Below are positions 19,683-29,078 of a stretch of 64,000 bases of DNA, piece after piece. The notes beneath the pieces are model-generated. The model saw only the letters and a program-made list of their open reading frames with translations, had not been told where the DNA came from and searched no databases. The translations under genes were made by a program, and so were the position numbers. The stretch spans positions 5,067-69,066 of IMG/VR virus record IMGVR_UViG_3300044638_001843; one strand, 5' to 3'. This DNA comes from a virus. Numbering within the stretch: the stretch's first letter is position 1; every line of letters begins with the position of its first letter.

Positions 19683-19978
19683 TTCCTCCAAATGGAAGCT
19701 TTAAAATAATTAGCAATGCAGCTCTTTCTGCCAAAACTTTAGTTCCTTTAGGAACTACTCATATTATGTTAACAGCAAGCCACTCTGGAAACAGTGATAT
19801 TGGTCATGCTCACCTTGAAATCTATGCAGCATTCAGTGATACAAATCCAACACTAGATAATATTGCTTTACCAACAAATGTATTTATTGCTATCAGTAAT
19901 TTAGTTGCTGGCACTTCCGGTATTAAAGGTGCAGACGCTGATGCTGAAAGCGTAACATTCGCACGAATAATGGGATAA
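19679..19978 (+). CDS. Hypothetical (probable virion) protein
   Basis: 99-aa ORF coupled to upstream gene. Confidence 0.6.
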   Translation: MIPPNGSFKIISNAALSAKTLVPLGTTHIMLTASHSGNSDIGHAHLEIYAAFSDTNPTLDNIALPTNVFIAISNLVAGTSGIKGADADAESVTFARIMG

Positions 19979-19988
19979 AGGAGAACAA

Positions 19989-22900
19989 ATGAATCCACTA
20001 TCATATCCTCAAGTATTAGCTTTAAGCAAGGGTTTAAACTTTTTCTATATTGAAAACAATAACGTAAGCCCTGTATCATTTTCACCAATTAGTAGCCGTA
20101 TACTTTTATCTGATAGTGGTGTTCTTCTTAGAGAAAAGACTTCTATTGTAGAGTTTAAAGCATGGGAGCAGTCTTCATTTATTGGCCGACAAGTATTTGG
20201 TTTAGGAAATCCACCAAAGGTTTTAGGAGAGTACCCCGCTGTCTATGGAATTAAAAAGTGTAATGATAGTTCTATTAGAAATATACTAAAGTTTAGTTAC
20301 TTTGATTACTTCGGTGATCCTGGATTTTTTAATAGACCTACATCAGAACAGGGTTTCTTTTTCAATACCGAAGAAGGCGAGCTTGCCCCAGAACCTTGGA
20401 TGCAGGTCGAAAAAAACTATGTTAACTCAGATCATATAGTTGGTGTTTATGCGTTTACAGACACACTAAATAATATTAAACCTTTTAATTCCGAAGGAAT
20501 TCCAACAAATACTTCAGAATTAGATTATCACTGTATTGCTATCCTTGCTTTAGGTAATAGAGAACGAGCCACAGAAGATGATGGATTCTTTGTAAATGTT
20601 GTAGGTGGTGGTGATAACTGGCTACTCCAAAAAGCTAATGGAACTATTGACTCAATTGGTGTTAGAAGCAACGAGTGTGATAGTTTTATTTTTGACCCCT
20701 TCAATGGACCAGTCTTTCCATCTGGTAGATTAAATAATATTAATGAAGACTATGAAGATGTAAAACCAGCTAACTATAGTGCAAGAATTACTTCCATGGA
20801 ACCTTATGGTATTTGGCTACCAAATTCGGTTGCTCCCAATACTCCAATTACTTTAGATAGTTTAAGTTGGATTTTTGCTGGAGGTCCAGAAGAAGCCCAA
20901 ATATTTAGAGCACTAGATGCAGATGTTTATACAAATGCTATTCAAAGATGTGATGATGAATTCTCTATTGATAACGTATATCCTTTCTATCCTTACTCTA
21001 AAACAACTGGCACAAATAACGAAAAATTTAATGATTTAGGTGGATTAGAAAGTACATTAATAATACTTAAAAATACTACAACAGACTACTGGGAACAAGG
21101 TTTAGCTGGAACCATGATAACAAGCGGTCAAGGTGGATTTAGAACAGACAGAAAATCAGCAAATCAAGTATTATTAAATTCGTTATCTACAAAAAATAAA
21201 GAGTTAAGTTTAGGTTATACTAGTAATCAAGAAGGCGGTGCATCTCCATATGAACTAGTTGATACACAAAGACGAGCTGCTGCTTCTCCAGCTGGTGGCT
21301 TTGGCAGTATTAAACCAATTGAATTTTATAAAGCACCATATTTTGACTTTGTTACAAATGAAGTTAAAGGATCCAGCAAACAAAGAATAAGTTGTGGTTT
21401 CTTTTCTGCTCTCCATATTACTCCTTCTGGTTTAATAGATGCCCCACAAAACGCATATTCAACAACAGATGCTTCACCATTTTCTTTAGATATTACTTTA
21501 CTAGTTAGAAATACTTATAATAACCGTGAAATAAATATACAAAATCCAAACCTAGTAGATAAGAGTTCAGCTACAGCTACTGATTTAGGATTTGCTAGTG
21601 GTTCTTTTAGTTCTACTATTAATGCAGCTATTGCTGGAGAAGACATAAAAAAGGTATGTGGATATCAAGATGAAATTGCTTTCATAAATTCAGGAAATGC
21701 ACTACACTATGCTGGATTTAATACTAATTTAGCGAGTGTTATTAATGGTGATGAGGTTGTTGATGTTGCTCTAAATAAAAATACAAACGCTAGTTCACGA
21801 AGATGGTTAGTAAAAATTATTTCAAGTGGTGGCGTTGAAGTTATTGATGGGGTTACTGGCCCAAGTCAAATAGGTGATTTAGTAGCAAACAAACCACAAC
21901 CTTCAACTGCCAAGGGTGGATTTGTAAGTGTTGATGCTGGATTTGATCATGCTATAGTTTTAAGAGAAGATGGGGCTGCCTTTGCCTGGGGTAATAATAC
22001 ATTTGGTCAGACCAGTGTACCTGCTGGATTATTCTTCCGGGAAGTAAAAGCACATGGTAACTATAGCTGTGGCATTACCACAGATAATACATTAAAGGTT
22101 TGGGGATCTTTGCAAGCAACAATTAGTGACGTAAGAAACTGTTGGGTAAGTGAATCCTTTATTGTAGTAGAGAAGTATCAATTTGCCTTTGCATCTACCT
22201 ATACTGTAGTAGGAGATGCACCAGCATTTGTTACTTCTTTTTTAAACAACTACAATTTTAATCCTCGTATAAGAAAACTTGCTGTTACACCTACTTATTT
22301 AATAGCCGAAAACTCAGAAAAAGAAAATTATATTGTAACAGCCGGTTCAAATACAAATGGAATTCTTACTGTACCAAGTACATCTTTATTTCAAGATTTA
22401 AGATTATTGCATGCAGCTAAAAACTATTCTTTAGTTGTTGGTGAAACAGGAATTAAAGCACCACTAAAAGAAGTTTATACAAAAGATACCGATGAAGATG
22501 GTATTGATGATGTTACAGTTGATTATGTGTCAATACATCAAGCAAGTGATGTAGCCCTTGTAACTTTAGATTCTAACGGATCTGTCAGAATTTTATATGT
22601 AGATTTAAATGCAATTGGTTCAAATACTACTATCGGATGGAATGGTTTAGCTTACTTTGGTAAGGATGAATTAATACCATTTTTAACTAGAGATGACGGA
22701 ACAATTCCAAGTATTGACAATGAAGGATTTGTTAAAGTTGTAGCAGCAGGAGGATATGGTAGAAGACCTTGCGTTGTTTGGTTATTACATGAAACTGGTA
22801 GTCTATATGGATTAGAGTTAACATCTTCTGTTAAATATGATTCTTTTAATCAGCTATATAAAACTAATCCACTAGAAGTAAACTTTGGAAAACCAAACAA

Positions 22901-23888
22901 CGGTATTGATTTATCTACTCAATACTCTGTTTGCTATCCAAATAATACCTTTCAACCTAATGCTACTGGTGGATCTAGATTGTTTATCAAGCACGCTTTA
23001 AACAAGATTCCAAAAGATTCCAGTGGTAATAGATTCCCGGTTATAGATATCTTTGGAAGTTATGCAACTTATGGTGGTTGTGTTTGTGCTAATACCAAAT
23101 ATACTGGAACTGAATCTGAAGAAATTCCATATCAAGAACCAGAAATTGTTTTCTTCCCTCCTGTTGGTTGTGGTTGGGGGCAGTTACAAGAAGATATGTT
23201 ATCAAAAATTCAACAAAGAAAAGCTGTATTTAGTTCTACTGGTAATGCTACATATATTGATAATCCTAATTTTAATAGAGAACTATACAATGAAGTTTTT
23301 GGTATTGTAGACGAATCAAAAGGACCAACAACAATAACGTATGCTCCACCAAGAAATGTATTTTATGCTAGAGCTCCCCGTAGTGCTTCTACTGCTGCGG
23401 CATCAGTTACTGTTGGCTCTGGTTTATGTGTTTTAGGTAGTAATGGTAATGTAACATTCTTAGGTACAACTAAAGCATTTGTAAACTATGATGCTCCAAG
23501 TAATCTAAGTACATTTAATTCAGATCTAACTTCTAAAGGATTTACTAAAACTAATTCTTCATTTTCCCCATCGCTATTAAGTACTATTTTCAATAGATTT
23601 ACACCTGATGTTGGTGTAAGTAGATTAAAGTTTCCAAAACCAGAGTATGCAAACTCTTTAGAAGAGTTTAATACTCCAGTTGATTTTGATATTGATACTG
23701 GTGTAGCTGGTGGTGGTGCTATTATTATCCCTGGTTTAGATTTTTCTCTTTCTCCTCCAGGATCACAGATATTCTTCTTAGATCGTGAAACAACACAAGC
23801 ACAAGATTTTAACTTAGACAGTTCTGTAGGTTCAGTCGAAAAACAACTACACAATACTGGTTTAAAACTTATTAAAAAAATAAAGTGA
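19989..23888 (+). CDS. Large virion protein with RCC1/BLIP-II-like repeats
   Basis: AAGGAG RBS; VSVDAGFDHAIVLREDGAAFAWGNNTFGQ and degenerate copies. Confidence 0.75.
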   Translation: MNPLSYPQVLALSKGLNFFYIENNNVSPVSFSPISSRILLSDSGVLLREKTSIVEFKAWEQSSFIGRQVFGLGNPPKVLGEYPAVYGIKKCNDSSIRNILKFSYFDYFGDPGFFNRPTSEQGFFFNTEEGELAPEPWMQVEKNYVNSDHIVGVYAFTDTLNNIKPFNSEGIPTNTSELDYHCIAILALGNRERATEDDGFFVNVVGGGDNWLLQKANGTIDSIGVRSNECDSFIFDPFNGPVFPSGRLNNINEDYEDVKPANYSARITSMEPYGIWLPNSVAPNTPITLDSLSWIFAGGPEEAQIFRALDADVYTNAIQRCDDEFSIDNVYPFYPYSKTTGTNNEKFNDLGGLESTLIILKNTTTDYWEQGLAGTMITSGQGGFRTDRKSANQVLLNSLSTKNKELSLGYTSNQEGGASPYELVDTQRRAAASPAGGFGSIKPIEFYKAPYFDFVTNEVKGSSKQRISCGFFSALHITPSGLIDAPQNAYSTTDASPFSLDITLLVRNTYNNREINIQNPNLVDKSSATATDLGFASGSFSSTINAAIAGEDIKKVCGYQDEIAFINSGNALHYAGFNTNLASVINGDEVVDVALNKNTNASSRRWLVKIISSGGVEVIDGVTGPSQIGDLVANKPQPSTAKGGFVSVDAGFDHAIVLREDGAAFAWGNNTFGQTSVPAGLFFREVKAHGNYSCGITTDNTLKVWGSLQATISDVRNCWVSESFIVVEKYQFAFASTYTVVGDAPAFVTSFLNNYNFNPRIRKLAVTPTYLIAENSEKENYIVTAGSNTNGILTVPSTSLFQDLRLLHAAKNYSLVVGETGIKAPLKEVYTKDTDEDGIDDVTVDYVSIHQASDVALVTLDSNGSVRILYVDLNAIGSNTTIGWNGLAYFGKDELIPFLTRDDGTIPSIDNEGFVKVVAAGGYGRRPCVVWLLHETGSLYGLELTSSVKYDSFNQLYKTNPLEVNFGKPNNGIDLSTQYSVCYPNNTFQPNATGGSRLFIKHALNKIPKDSSGNRFPVIDIFGSYATYGGCVCANTKYTGTESEEIPYQEPEIVFFPPVGCGWGQLQEDMLSKIQQRKAVFSSTGNATYIDNPNFNRELYNEVFGIVDESKGPTTITYAPPRNVFYARAPRSASTAAASVTVGSGLCVLGSNGNVTFLGTTKAFVNYDAPSNLSTFNSDLTSKGFTKTNSSFSPSLLSTIFNRFTPDVGVSRLKFPKPEYANSLEEFNTPVDFDIDTGVAGGGAIIIPGLDFSLSPPGSQIFFLDRETTQAQDFNLDSSVGSVEKQLHNTGLKLIKKIK

Positions 23889-23895
23889 GGTTAAC

Positions 23896-25245
23896 ATGAC
23901 AATTACTTATCAACAACAACTTGCATTGCGTCGTGGTTTGTTTTTAGACACAACTACAAACCAGTTAATTACCTTTGATCCTGTAGTAGCTAATACTCAA
24001 GGACTTGCAGATATTGATAGAACTGAATTAGTTGAAATTAGTATACCAATTGATTCTGAAGGATCAAATGAAACCGTTAATTCTGTATTTTCTATTTCTC
24101 CCCCCGGAGAAAGTGTAAACATTTTAGAAGATGGCAAAACAGTTACTGATATTGCTGTATGGCAAACTGTAACAGGGGCTGTTGGATCTAAGTATATTTG
24201 GCCAAGAAATATTCAGTCAGCCGAAGAAGCCCCACAAGTTGGTGATAAAGTATCTTCTTTTGCTACTGTAGTAGATAGTATGTATGCTAACAATACAGTT
24301 ATAGAAGAAATTAATCCAACCATGACTTTTACAATTAAGGATATTGTTATTGTAGGTGGAAGTGCAGAAGCACTAGAGGTTTGGGTATTAGCTACTCCAG
24401 ACCAAGGTGATATTAAATTTCCTATTTCGGGCTCATGGGCTAATGTTCCCATTGCTCAAAAATTTACATTTACTCTTGCAAGTAACATAGATATTGGTTT
24501 ATCATTTTTGGGTGTAATTGGACAAGCATTTAATAGTAAATTAAAAGAAATTTTAGGTTACACTAACTTTACTCCTTCGGATCATACTCAGTGTACTATA
24601 ACTAACTTTATTAAAGATTTATTTTCTAGTGATTATTCTATAGATACTTATACTGTAAATAGTATACCAAGTTATGTAGTAGCAAATGGAAGAGTTGGTA
24701 TTAATATTGGTAATGCAACAATAGACTCTCCAACACCAGAGGTTTCTGGAGCACTTACATTTAGATTTTATTTAGAAAAAGAAACTATGTTATGCTTTGC
24801 TGAAGGAGCTGATTTACCTGAAAATCCAACTATAGGACTTGCAGGCATATTATGGACAGATGTATCTATTGAAAAATGGAACACACCTAATCCCCCTGGA
24901 AAAATTCTTTTCCATGATTCTTTTAGTCTTGGTATTCTTCCCTCTACAATTACATTTGTACCAAATACTGGTGATGGTTCTAATGATGACGAATCTGCAA
25001 ATCCATCTTCAACTCTAGGATCACATTTACTTTGTTATAAATTAAACAACCCTTTAGTAAGTTTTACATCAGCTGGATCTACTTTTAGTAAATCTGATAT
25101 TACTAGGGTTTCATTTGGTTCAACAACAAGTACAGCGCAAACCGCCTATGTTGGTGATTCAATTAATAAGGATAGTTTATTAGATAATTGGGAAAATGGT
25201 TACCACAGAGCTGGTATGATTTTACAAAATAAACTTAAGAAATAA
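23896..25245 (+). CDS. Hypothetical virion protein
   Basis: GAGG RBS; 449 aa, beta-rich; termini resemble those of the upstream protein. Confidence 0.65.
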   Translation: MTITYQQQLALRRGLFLDTTTNQLITFDPVVANTQGLADIDRTELVEISIPIDSEGSNETVNSVFSISPPGESVNILEDGKTVTDIAVWQTVTGAVGSKYIWPRNIQSAEEAPQVGDKVSSFATVVDSMYANNTVIEEINPTMTFTIKDIVIVGGSAEALEVWVLATPDQGDIKFPISGSWANVPIAQKFTFTLASNIDIGLSFLGVIGQAFNSKLKEILGYTNFTPSDHTQCTITNFIKDLFSSDYSIDTYTVNSIPSYVVANGRVGINIGNATIDSPTPEVSGALTFRFYLEKETMLCFAEGADLPENPTIGLAGILWTDVSIEKWNTPNPPGKILFHDSFSLGILPSTITFVPNTGDGSNDDESANPSSTLGSHLLCYKLNNPLVSFTSAGSTFSKSDITRVSFGSTTSTAQTAYVGDSINKDSLLDNWENGYHRAGMILQNKLKK

Positions 25246-25254
25246 GGAGTATTT

Positions 25255-25482
25255 ATGGGTGCAAGAAAGAAAAAGAAAGCCGCTGCTGCTGGTCCTGGTC
25301 CTCAAGGAGTCGGTAAACCATCTCTAATAGAATCATTAAAAAAGATTAAAGTAGAAAGAACCGAAGTTCCTAAGAAATCTATGGCTACTAGAAAAGCAGA
25401 AATGAATGCTAGTAGGGCAGAATCAAAGAGCATTAGGAAAAAGAACATGGCAAAGAAATCTACAGGAGTAAACCCACAATGA
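25255..25482 (+). CDS. Small basic protein
   Basis: AAGGAG RBS; Lys-rich. Confidence 0.65.
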   Translation: MGARKKKKAAAAGPGPQGVGKPSLIESLKKIKVERTEVPKKSMATRKAEMNASRAESKSIRKKNMAKKSTGVNPQ

Positions 25483-25697
25483 TGAGTAATCCTGGAAGAA
25501 AAGAAGCTATGGGTAAAGAACCAGCTAGAAAGGGTGGTAAGACCCGCCCTAATATGCAAAGCAACCAAGGCCCAGGAACTAGCGAATCTACTGGTAAGTT
25601 TCAACTTCTCAGTGGGTTATCTGGAAGTGTTAATAACAAACCAAAGAAAAAGGTTTCAAAAAACCCAACTCCAAATATAAAGATGGGTTATAAATGA
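25479..25697 (+). CDS. Small basic protein
   Basis: ATGA coupling; AGGAG upstream. Confidence 0.6.
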   Translation: MMSNPGRKEAMGKEPARKGGKTRPNMQSNQGPGTSESTGKFQLLSGLSGSVNNKPKKKVSKNPTPNIKMGYK

Positions 25698-25798
25698 AAC
25701 CTAAAGTTAATGTAGATTATATCAAAACACGGACTGGTCCTAAGCCAGATACTAAGAAACCTCAACCAAAAATCAAACCTAAGACTGGTCGTAAGTGA
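25694..25798 (+). CDS. Small basic protein (34 aa)
   Basis: ATGA coupling; MKPKVNVDYIKTRTGPKPDTKKPQPKIKPKTGRK. Confidence 0.5.
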   Translation: MKPKVNVDYIKTRTGPKPDTKKPQPKIKPKTGRK

Positions 25799-25824
25799 TC
25801 AATAATCTTAGTAAGGAGAGATAA

Positions 25825-26760
25825 ATGTTAGAACAAAACAATGCTGAACAATCTCAGCCTGTCGAGACTCAGCCAGAATTAGTTAATACCACTCCAGCTG
25901 AAGATCCAGTTACAACACATGAACGTGCTATGTTTAACAAGTATGTTCAGGATCAGGGTCAGAAGATCCCATCTAACTTCAAGGATGCGGATGCGTGGTT
26001 TAACAGCCTGTTAGAAGCCCGTAAAGGCTTTACACAGGCAAGGCAGGAAGTAGCTGCCCTGAAGAAGCAGTACAATGAGAATGGCGTTAGCAACCCTGCT
26101 TACCAGCCATCAGGTGTAGTCGATCAGGTTCAAGAAGAACCTAAGTCAGAAGACCTTTCTGGAATACCAGAAGATCTCAAAATCACAATGCAAGATGCTT
26201 CCAAGCCTCCTGTAAATTCTCGGATTAGTACAGAAGATTGGGCTAAGTGGGGTAAAGAAATTGACTCTACTGGTTCCGTAAGTGCTACTACCCGTAAGGA
26301 AATTAAGGATAAGATGGGAGCTGATGATGTGATTATTGAACAAATGATCCGTGGTCGTAAGGCATTAGCCAAACAATCATGGGACGATGCAGCTTCGGTT
26401 GTAGGCGGAGGAGACAACCTAAAGCGATTGTTCAAGTGGGCGCAAACCAATCTTTCTAAGGAAGAGGTTGATGCCACAAACCGTGCCTTGCAGACCAATG
26501 CATACAGAAATGTTTTGCTAGGCTTAAAGGCTAGATTTGAATCTGAAACTACACCAGCAAAGCCAGCAAGTAAGGAACCACAGGCTTTGCAGAACAGGGT
26601 TAATCCCTCCCAGGTTCCACAACAAGTGCAAGTATTTAAGAATATGGCAGAACAAAAAGCTGCTGTAGCTGACCCCCGTTATCGTACTGATGCTAATTTC
26701 AGACGGGCCGTTGAGCAAATGCTTATTAATACTTCACGGTATGGGTTTAGAAATCGTTAA
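25825..26760 (+). CDS. Capsid scaffolding protein (T7 gp9-like)
   Basis: Upstream of MCP; VGGGDNLKRLFKWAQTNLS and DPRYRTDANFRRAVE motifs. Confidence 0.85.
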   Translation: MLEQNNAEQSQPVETQPELVNTTPAEDPVTTHERAMFNKYVQDQGQKIPSNFKDADAWFNSLLEARKGFTQARQEVAALKKQYNENGVSNPAYQPSGVVDQVQEEPKSEDLSGIPEDLKITMQDASKPPVNSRISTEDWAKWGKEIDSTGSVSATTRKEIKDKMGADDVIIEQMIRGRKALAKQSWDDAASVVGGGDNLKRLFKWAQTNLSKEEVDATNRALQTNAYRNVLLGLKARFESETTPAKPASKEPQALQNRVNPSQVPQQVQVFKNMAEQKAAVADPRYRTDANFRRAVEQMLINTSRYGFRNR

Positions 26761-26849
26761 CTCCGTATAATCCAATGGACACGGAATAACTAATGGTTTC
26801 TCCTATGTATATTTATTATGAGAGAAACTTTAATTAAGGAGAAACAACT

Positions 26850-28172
26850 ATGCCAATTAACGGCGACGATTTAGGTACAATTTTCCCAGTAGGTACTGAT
26901 GTAGGCAACTGGCCAAACGGTGGTACAGCACCCTCAACTACTTCTATTCCAGTTACTAGTGGTGCATCTGATCCAAACTACTGGCTTCCTATTTGGAGCG
27001 GTGAGGTTATTCACGCTTATGACCAGTACAACATCTTTGAGCCAATGGTTGTAACTGAAACCATTGAATCAGGTACTACCAAGCGTTTCCCAATTACTGG
27101 GACCGTTGGTCACAAGGGTGTATGGGAAGCAGGCGAAGAACTACTAGGTGATACTGGTATTTCAACCCCAGGTTGGTTCGATATCTCACTCGATCAGCGT
27201 CCTATGTGCGCTTTCTTTGAGCTTGATGATATCCACCTCATGCTTACTCAGTGGGACTACAGAGCTGAACTAGCCCGTCAGGCTGGTCTTGCTCTAGCTA
27301 ATGTCCGTGACAAGCAGATTGCTTGCATGATTGCTCAGGGCGCATTTGCTTCCAACCGCAATCCATTCGGTACTGGTTATGCTGGTATGAACAACAGCAG
27401 CAACCTTATCCTACCACCCGATGCAGTATTCAATGCTCTCGGCAACACCAAGTGTGATCCAGATGCAGTAGTTGCAAAGGAAAAGAGAACCAATGCAGCA
27501 CTAGCCCTACTTGAATACCTAGAGCGGTACATGGTTCACTTACAGGAGATCGACGTTATGGGTGGTGAAGTTTACTGTGCAGTAACTCCACAGGCTTTCC
27601 ATGACATTCGCGCTCTTGGTATTGCTCGTAACGTCGGTGATCTAGTTGGCGGTGCTGGCCGTCCATTCTTCGGTGGCGTTGCCGAAGCTGGTGGTCTTGG
27701 TGCTCCACTAAACACTGGCATGTTTGGTCTAAGTGATACCCTTGAGTATATGGGTGTTAAGATCATTAAGAGCAACCACCTTGGCCAGCTTGACCACACT
27801 TGGGTAAACACCGCTGGTGTTGCAACCCCCAAGACAATTGGTGTTACTGGCATTGGTGCTGTTGGTGATGAAATTGGCATTGTAACCGATCTTGGTGATG
27901 CTAAGTATAACTTTAACTTTGCTCAAACAACTGGTGTTTCTGCCACAGTAACCCCAGGTACACTATCATCCGGTGATACTGTATCGCCTGTTAAGGCTCT
28001 CGTATGGCAGAAGAATGCTGTATGCTCAATGCGCCTACAGGGCATGAAGGTTGAGACTGTTAAGGATGTCCGTAGAGGTACATTCTTTACCGTTAGCAGC
28101 ATCATGGGTGGCGCAGGTATCCTACGCCCAGAACTCTGCGGCGCAATCCAGGGTACTTACACTGTTGCTTAA
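26850..28172 (+). CDS. Major capsid protein (T7 gp10-like)
   Basis: Strong RBS; WSGEVIHAY, TIESGTTKRFP, RAELARQAGLALA, GAGILRPE; followed by terminator. Confidence 0.92.
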   Translation: MPINGDDLGTIFPVGTDVGNWPNGGTAPSTTSIPVTSGASDPNYWLPIWSGEVIHAYDQYNIFEPMVVTETIESGTTKRFPITGTVGHKGVWEAGEELLGDTGISTPGWFDISLDQRPMCAFFELDDIHLMLTQWDYRAELARQAGLALANVRDKQIACMIAQGAFASNRNPFGTGYAGMNNSSNLILPPDAVFNALGNTKCDPDAVVAKEKRTNAALALLEYLERYMVHLQEIDVMGGEVYCAVTPQAFHDIRALGIARNVGDLVGGAGRPFFGGVAEAGGLGAPLNTGMFGLSDTLEYMGVKIIKSNHLGQLDHTWVNTAGVATPKTIGVTGIGAVGDEIGIVTDLGDAKYNFNFAQTTGVSATVTPGTLSSGDTVSPVKALVWQKNAVCSMRLQGMKVETVKDVRRGTFFTVSSIMGGAGILRPELCGAIQGTYTVA

Positions 28173-28194
28173 TCTAGCGTTTAGCTAATAACTC

Positions 28195-28231
28195 ATGCCT
28201 AGGGAGTCGAAAGATTCCCTAGGTATTTTTT
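28195..28231 (+). terminator. Intrinsic terminator after capsid gene (T-phi-like)
   Basis: ATGCCTAGGGAGTC-GAAA-GATTCCCTAGGTAT followed by a T run. Confidence 0.85.
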
Positions 28232-28245
28232 CTAAAGGAGGATTT

Positions 28246-28407
28246 ATGAAACCATATAATCCAATTCAACAATCGTCTAGAGGACTTGGCGATTCCGTAG
28301 CTAAGGTTTTTAAAAAACTAGGTATAGATAAGAAGCCTGGTTGTGGCTGCGAGAAGAGACAAGAAATGCTGAATAAGTTAGTACCCTATAAGAAAGGATC
28401 AAAGTAA
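28246..28407 (+). CDS. Small hypothetical protein (GLGD...CGC)
   Basis: AGGAGG RBS; RGLGDSVAK...GCGCEKRQEMLN. Confidence 0.7.
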   Translation: MKPYNPIQQSSRGLGDSVAKVFKKLGIDKKPGCGCEKRQEMLNKLVPYKKGSK

Positions 28408-29075
28408 TGGGTTTGTATTCGTATACGGATGCTATAAACCATATGTTACTTGCTTCCGGTGAGCATCTGGTTAGTGATATTGAAACTGAGTCAGGCGTAG
28501 ATACAAGTGTAGCTCAGTTTATACTTAACCAAGCCATCAAGTCTGCAACAATGAGGGGTATAGCAAATAATAGGTTTGTAGATACATATGAGCCTGAAGT
28601 CGATGGTAAAATTCTTTTGCCAGCTAATGCTTGCTATGCCCAAGTTGTCGAGCCGTTGTTTGATTCTACGACGGGGGAGGTGATCCATACTACTATTAAG
28701 TCCAATCCACCTCGGCTTTTCAACATTACCAAGCAGACAGATGTATTTGACAAGGCTTTAAAGGTCGAAGTAATTGTTCTACTAGGTGATCCTTCTAGCA
28801 TATCCAATCCTTATGGATGGAATGATATTGATTCTCCATTGCAGCGCGGTATAATGGAAACCGCAGCAAGAGAATATCAAGCAGTAACTCAGGGTGATCC
28901 GAATGTAGATCAGTACTTAGCTAGCAGAGAGCAATTCCATGTAGCTAGAGGTAGAGCTTCTGATATCTCAAAGAAGCGTCGAAGTATATTTGGTGGTGAT
29001 CCAGGAACTAAAGCAGCTGTAGATCGCCGTGGTATACTAAGTAACGATCCTTACTTTACAAGAACGAGGTTTTAA
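28407..29075 (+). CDS. Tail tubular protein A (T7 gp11-like)
   Basis: DAINHMLLASGE N-terminal motif; size and synteny. Confidence 0.85.
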   Translation: MGLYSYTDAINHMLLASGEHLVSDIETESGVDTSVAQFILNQAIKSATMRGIANNRFVDTYEPEVDGKILLPANACYAQVVEPLFDSTTGEVIHTTIKSNPPRLFNITKQTDVFDKALKVEVIVLLGDPSSISNPYGWNDIDSPLQRGIMETAAREYQAVTQGDPNVDQYLASREQFHVARGRASDISKKRRSIFGGDPGTKAAVDRRGILSNDPYFTRTRF

Positions 29076-29078
29076 TTT

